Positions 59,501 to 64,000 of a stretch of 64,000 bases of DNA are shown here, piece by piece. The first letter of the stretch is position 1. Every line of letters starts with the position of its first letter. The notes below the pieces were generated by a model. It saw only the letters and a list, made by a program, of their open reading frames with translations, did no database searches and was not told where the DNA came from. The DNA is taken from the NCBI RefSeq assembly GCF_009914755.1, contig NC_060925.1; one strand, 5' to 3'. Position numbers and translations under genes: made by a program. Source of the DNA: the human T2T-CHM13v2.0 reference genome, Homo sapiens.

Positions 59501-62500
59501 TGAATGCAATCATCGAATGGTCTCGAATGGAATCATCTTCTAATGGAAAGGAATGGAATCATCGCTTAGAATCGAATGGAATTAACATTGAATGGACTCG
59601 AATGGAATCAACATCAAACGGAATCAAGCGGAATTATCGAATGGAATCGAAGAGAATCATCGAATGGACTCGAATGGAATAATCTAATGGAATTGAATGG
59701 AATAATCCACGGACTCGAATGCAATCATCATCGTGTAGAATCGAATGGAATCATCGAATGGACTCGAATGGAATAATCATTGAACGGAATCGAATGGAAT
59801 CATCATCGGATGGAAACGAATGGAATCATCATCGAATGGAAATGAAAGGAGTCATCATCTAATGGAATTGCATGGAATCATCATAAAATGGAATCGAATG
59901 GAATCAACATCAAATGGAATCAAATGGAATCATTGAACGCAATTGAATGGAATCGTCATCGAATGAATTGAATGCAATCATCAAATGGTCTCGAATGGAA
60001 TCATCTTCAAATGGAATGGAATGGAATCATCGCATAGAATCGAATGGAATTATCATCGAATGGAATCGAATGGTATCAACATCAAACGGAAAAAAACGGA
60101 ATTATCGAATGGAATCGAAGAGAATCATCGAATGGACCCGAATGGAATCATCTAATGGAATGGAATGGAATAATCCATGGACTCGAATGCAATCATCATC
60201 GAATGGAATCGAATGGAATCATCGAATGGACTCGAATGGAATAATCATTGAACGGAATCGAATGGAATCATCATCGGATGGAAATGAATGGAATCATCAT
60301 CGAATGGAATCGAATAGAATTATGGAATGAAATCCAGTGTGATCATCATCGAATGGACCCGAATGGAATCATCATCCAACGGAAGCTAATGGAATCAACA
60401 TTGAATGAATCGAATGGAAACACCATCGAATTGAAACGAATGGAATTATCATGAAATTGAAATGGATGGACTCATCATCGGATGGATTCGAATGGAATCA
60501 TCGAATAAAATTGATTGAAATCATCATCGAATGGAATCGAATGGTATCATTGAATGGAATCGAATGGAATCATCATCAGATGGAAATGAATGGAATCGTC
60601 ATAGAATGGAATCGAATGGATTCATTGAATGGAATCAGATGGAATCATCGAATGGACTGGAATGGAATCATTGAATGGACTCGAAAGGGATCACTATTGA
60701 ATGGAATTGAATGGAATCACCGAATGGTCTCGATTGGAATCATTATCAAATGGAATCGAATGGAATCACCGAATAGAATCGAATGGAACAATCATCGAAT
60801 GGACTCAAATGGAATTATCCTCAAATGGAATCGAATGGAATTATCGAATGCAATCGAATGGAATTATCGAATGAAATCGAATAGAATCATCGAATGGACT
60901 CGAATGGAATCATCGAATGGAATGGAATGGAACAGTCAATGAACTCGAATGGAATCATCATTGAATGGAATCGAATAGAATCATCGAGTGGAATCGAATG
61001 GAATTATGATCAAATGGAATCGAATGTAATCATCATCAAATGGAATCAAAAATAACCATCATCAATTGGTATTGAATGGAATTGTCATCAAATGGAATTC
61101 AAAGGAATCATCATCAAATGGAACCGAATGGAATCCTCATTGAATGGAAATGAAAGGGGTCATCATCTAATGGAATCGCATGGAATCATCATCAAATGGA
61201 ATCGAATGGAATCATTGAACAGAATTGAATGGAATGGTCATCGAATGAATTGAATGCAATCATCGAATGGTCTCGAATGGAATCATCTTCTAATGGAAAG
61301 TAATGGAATCATCGCATAGAATCGCATGGAATTATCATCGAATGGAATCGAATGGTATCAACACCAAACGGAAAAAAACGGAATTATCGAATGGAATCGA
61401 AGAGAATCTTCGAACGGACCCGAATGGAATCATCTAATGGAATGGAATGGAATAATCCATGGACTCGAATGCAATCATCATCGAATGGAATCGAATGGAA
61501 TCATCGAATGGACTCGAATGGAATAATCATTGAACGGAATCGAATGGAATCATCATCGGATGGAAATGAATGGAATCGTCATCGAATGGAAATGAAAGGA
61601 GTCATCATCTATTGGAATTGCATGGAATCATCATAAAATGGAATCGAATGGAATCAACATCAAATGGAATCAAATGGAATCATTGAACGGAATTGTATGG
61701 AATCGTCATCGAATGAATTGAAAGCAATCATCGAATGGTCTCGAATGGAATCATCTTCAAATGGAATGGAATGGAATCATCGCATAGAATCGAATGGAAT
61801 TATCATCGAATGGAATCGAATGGAATCAACATCAAACGGAAAAAAACGGAATTATCGAATGGAATCGAAGAGAATCATCGAACGGACCCGAATGGAATCA
61901 TCTAATGGAATGGAATGGAATAATCCATGGACTCGAATGCAATCATCATCGAATGGAATCGAATGGAGTCATCGAATGGACTAGAATGGAATAATCATTG
62001 AACGGAATCGAATGGAATCATCATCGGATGGAAACGAATGGAATCATCATTGAATGGAAATGAAAGGAGTCATCATCTAATGGAGTTGCATGGAATCATC
62101 ATAAAATGGAATCGAATGGAATCAACATCAAATGGAATCAAATGGAATCATTGAACGGGATTGAATGGAATCGTCATCGAATGAATTGTATGCAATCTTC
62201 GAATGGTCTCGAATGGAATCATCTTCAAATGGAATGGAATGGAATCATCGCATAGAATCGAATGGAATTATCATCGAATGGAATCGAATGGCATCAACAT
62301 CAAACGGAAAAAAACGGAATTATCGAATGGAATCGAAGAGAATCATCGAATGGACCCGAATGGAATCATCTAATGGAATGGAATGGAATAATCCATGGAC
62401 TCGAATGCAATCATCATCGAATGGAATCGAATGGAATCATCGAATGGACTCGAATGGAATAATCATTGAACGGAATCGAATGGAATCATCATCGAATGGA

Positions 62501-64000
62501 AATGAATGGAATCATCATCGAATGGAATCGAATAGGATTATGGAATGAAATCCAGTGTGATCATCATCGAATGGACACGAATGGAATCATCATCCAACGG
62601 AAGCTAATGGAATCAACATCGAATGAATCGAATGGAAACACCATCGAATTGAAACGAATGGAATTATCATGAAATTGAAATGGATGGACTCATCATCGGA
62701 TGGATTCGAATGGAATCATCGAATAAAATTGATTGAAATCATCATCAAATGGAATCGAATGGTATCATTGAATGGAATCGAATGGAATCATCATCAGATG
62801 GAAATGAATGGAATCGTCATAGAATGGAATCGAATGGATTCATTGAATGGAATCAGATGGAATCATCGAATGGACTGGAATGGAATCATTGAATGGACTC
62901 GAAAGGGATCATTATTGAATGGAATTGAATGGAATCACCGAATGGTCTCGATTGGAATCATTATCAAATGGAATCGAATGGAATCACCGAATAGAATCGA
63001 ATGGAACAATCATCGAATGGACTCAAATTGAATTATCCTCAAATGGAATCGAATGGAATTATCGAATGCAATCGAATGGAATTATCGAATGCAATCGGAT
63101 AGAATCATCGAATGGACTCGAATGGAATCATCGAATGGAATGGAATGGAACAGTCAATGAACTCGAATGGAATCATCATTGAATGGAATCGAATGGAATC
63201 ATCGAGTGGAATCGAATGGAATTATGATCAAATGGAATCGAATGTAATCATCATCAAATGGAATCAAAAATAACTATCATCAATTGGTATTGAATGGAAT
63301 TGTCATCAAATGGAATTCAAAAGAATCATCATCAAATGGAACCGAATGGAATCCTCATTGAATGGAAATGAAAGGGGTCATCATCTAATGGAATCCCATG
63401 GAATCATCATCAAATGGAATCGAATGGAATCATCATCAAATGGAATCGAATGGAATCATTGAACAGAATTGAATGGAATCGTCATCGAATGAATTGAATG
63501 CAATCATCGAATGGTCTCGAATGGAATCATCTTCTAATGGAAAGGAATGGAATCATCGCTTAGAATCGAATGGAATTAACATTGAATGGACTCGAATGGA
63601 ATCAACATCAAACGGAATCAAGCGGAATTATCGAATGCAATCGAAGAGAATCATCGAATGGACTCGAATGGAATAATCTAATGGAATTGAATGGAATAAT
63701 CCACGGACTCGAATGCAATCATCATCGTGTAGAATCGAATGGAATCATCGAATGGACTCGAATGGAATAATCATTGAACGGAATCGAATGGAATGATCAT
63801 CGGATGGAAACGAATGGAATCATCATCGAATGGAAATGAAAGGAGTCATCATCTAATGGAATTGCATGGAATCATCATAAAATGGAATCGAATGGAATCA
63901 ACATCAAATGGAATCAAATGGAATCATTGAACGGAATTGAATGCAATCGTCATCGAATGAATTGAATGCAATCATCGAATGGTCTCGAATGGAATCATCT
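50599..64000. repeat. Right, more diverged sub-array of mainly canonical 1776-bp units
   Basis: L starts at 51067, 52843, 54619, 56395, 58171, 59947, 62165 and 63941. Alleles include CCAACGGAAGCTA, ATGAATCGAATGGAAAC, GATTCGAATGGAATC and GGAATCATCTTCT. There are many more private substitutions per unit and no C block. Confidence 0.9.

Larger units (their letters stand above)
1..64000. repeat. Human Satellite II (HSat2/HSATII) pericentromeric tandem array, probably the HSat2A 1.77-kb family (D1Z1/1q12-like)
   Basis: Continuous GAATGGAATC(GAATGGAATC)ATC(ATC) monomers; reverse complement CATTCGATTC/GATGATTCCATTC is the HSATII signature. TCGA sites are very dense. Landmarks recur at 1776 bp (51067, 52843, 54619, 56395, 58171, 59947), with one GAATTC per unit (e.g. 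1167-1172). Family call is secure; subfamily and chromosome come from the known 1.77-kb EcoRI unit and are less certain. Confidence 0.97.

Noticed and set aside
19-63770. Hundreds of 60-163 aa ORFs (MESSSNELNAIIEW..., MKLKWMDSSS...) on the + strand
   Set aside because: They are low-complexity translations of GAATGGAATC repeats that overlap in several frames, and they gain or lose stops freely between copies (e.g. 9757, 51067, 55927). ATG is abundant only because of the AATGG motif. No recognisable domain.
1-64000. CRISPR-like repeat/spacer array
   Set aside because: There are no unique spacers and no cas genes; all intervening sequence is itself satellite.
1-64000. HSat3 (simple CATTC/GGAAT) assignment
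   Set aside because: Pure GGAAT runs reach only about 3-4 copies. The dominant GAATCGAATG plus ATCATC pattern is HSat2.
1-64000. Strand inversion or inserted L1/Alu/unique sequence
   Set aside because: GAATG orientation is constant and all unit lengths are fully explained by L/B/C arithmetic, leaving no room for an insertion. I read by eye, so a change of a few bases could be missed.

Overview
The whole 64 kb window is one uninterrupted tandem array of human Satellite II (HSat2/HSATII), built from diverged GAATG/GAATC pentamers and ATC triplets (23/26-bp monomers such as GAATGGAATCGAATGGAATCATCATC). The GAATG strand is on + throughout. The base unit is 1776 bp with one EcoRI site, which fits the HSat2A / pUC1.77 (D1Z1, 1q12)-type array; the chromosome is inferred, not proven. 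I see no genes, transposons or unique DNA, and every listed ORF is a translation of the satellite. The interest lies in the architecture. Blocks L (1308 bp), B (468 bp) and C (442 bp) combine into units of 1776 (L+B), 2218 (L+B+C) and 1750 bp (L + B/C hybrid). A very homogeneous left domain (1 to ~49.5 kb; 12x2218, 9x1750, 4x1776) shows nested 5.7-8.0 kb duplications and a gene-conversion-like patch. It meets, at a junction carrying a 666-bp deletion, a more diverged right domain of mostly 1776-bp units with an emerging 3552-bp dimer. I found no evidence for a new protein- or RNA-coding system. What may be undescribed is the structural-variant history of the array. All counts were made by eye from the sequence and the ORF-track offsets.
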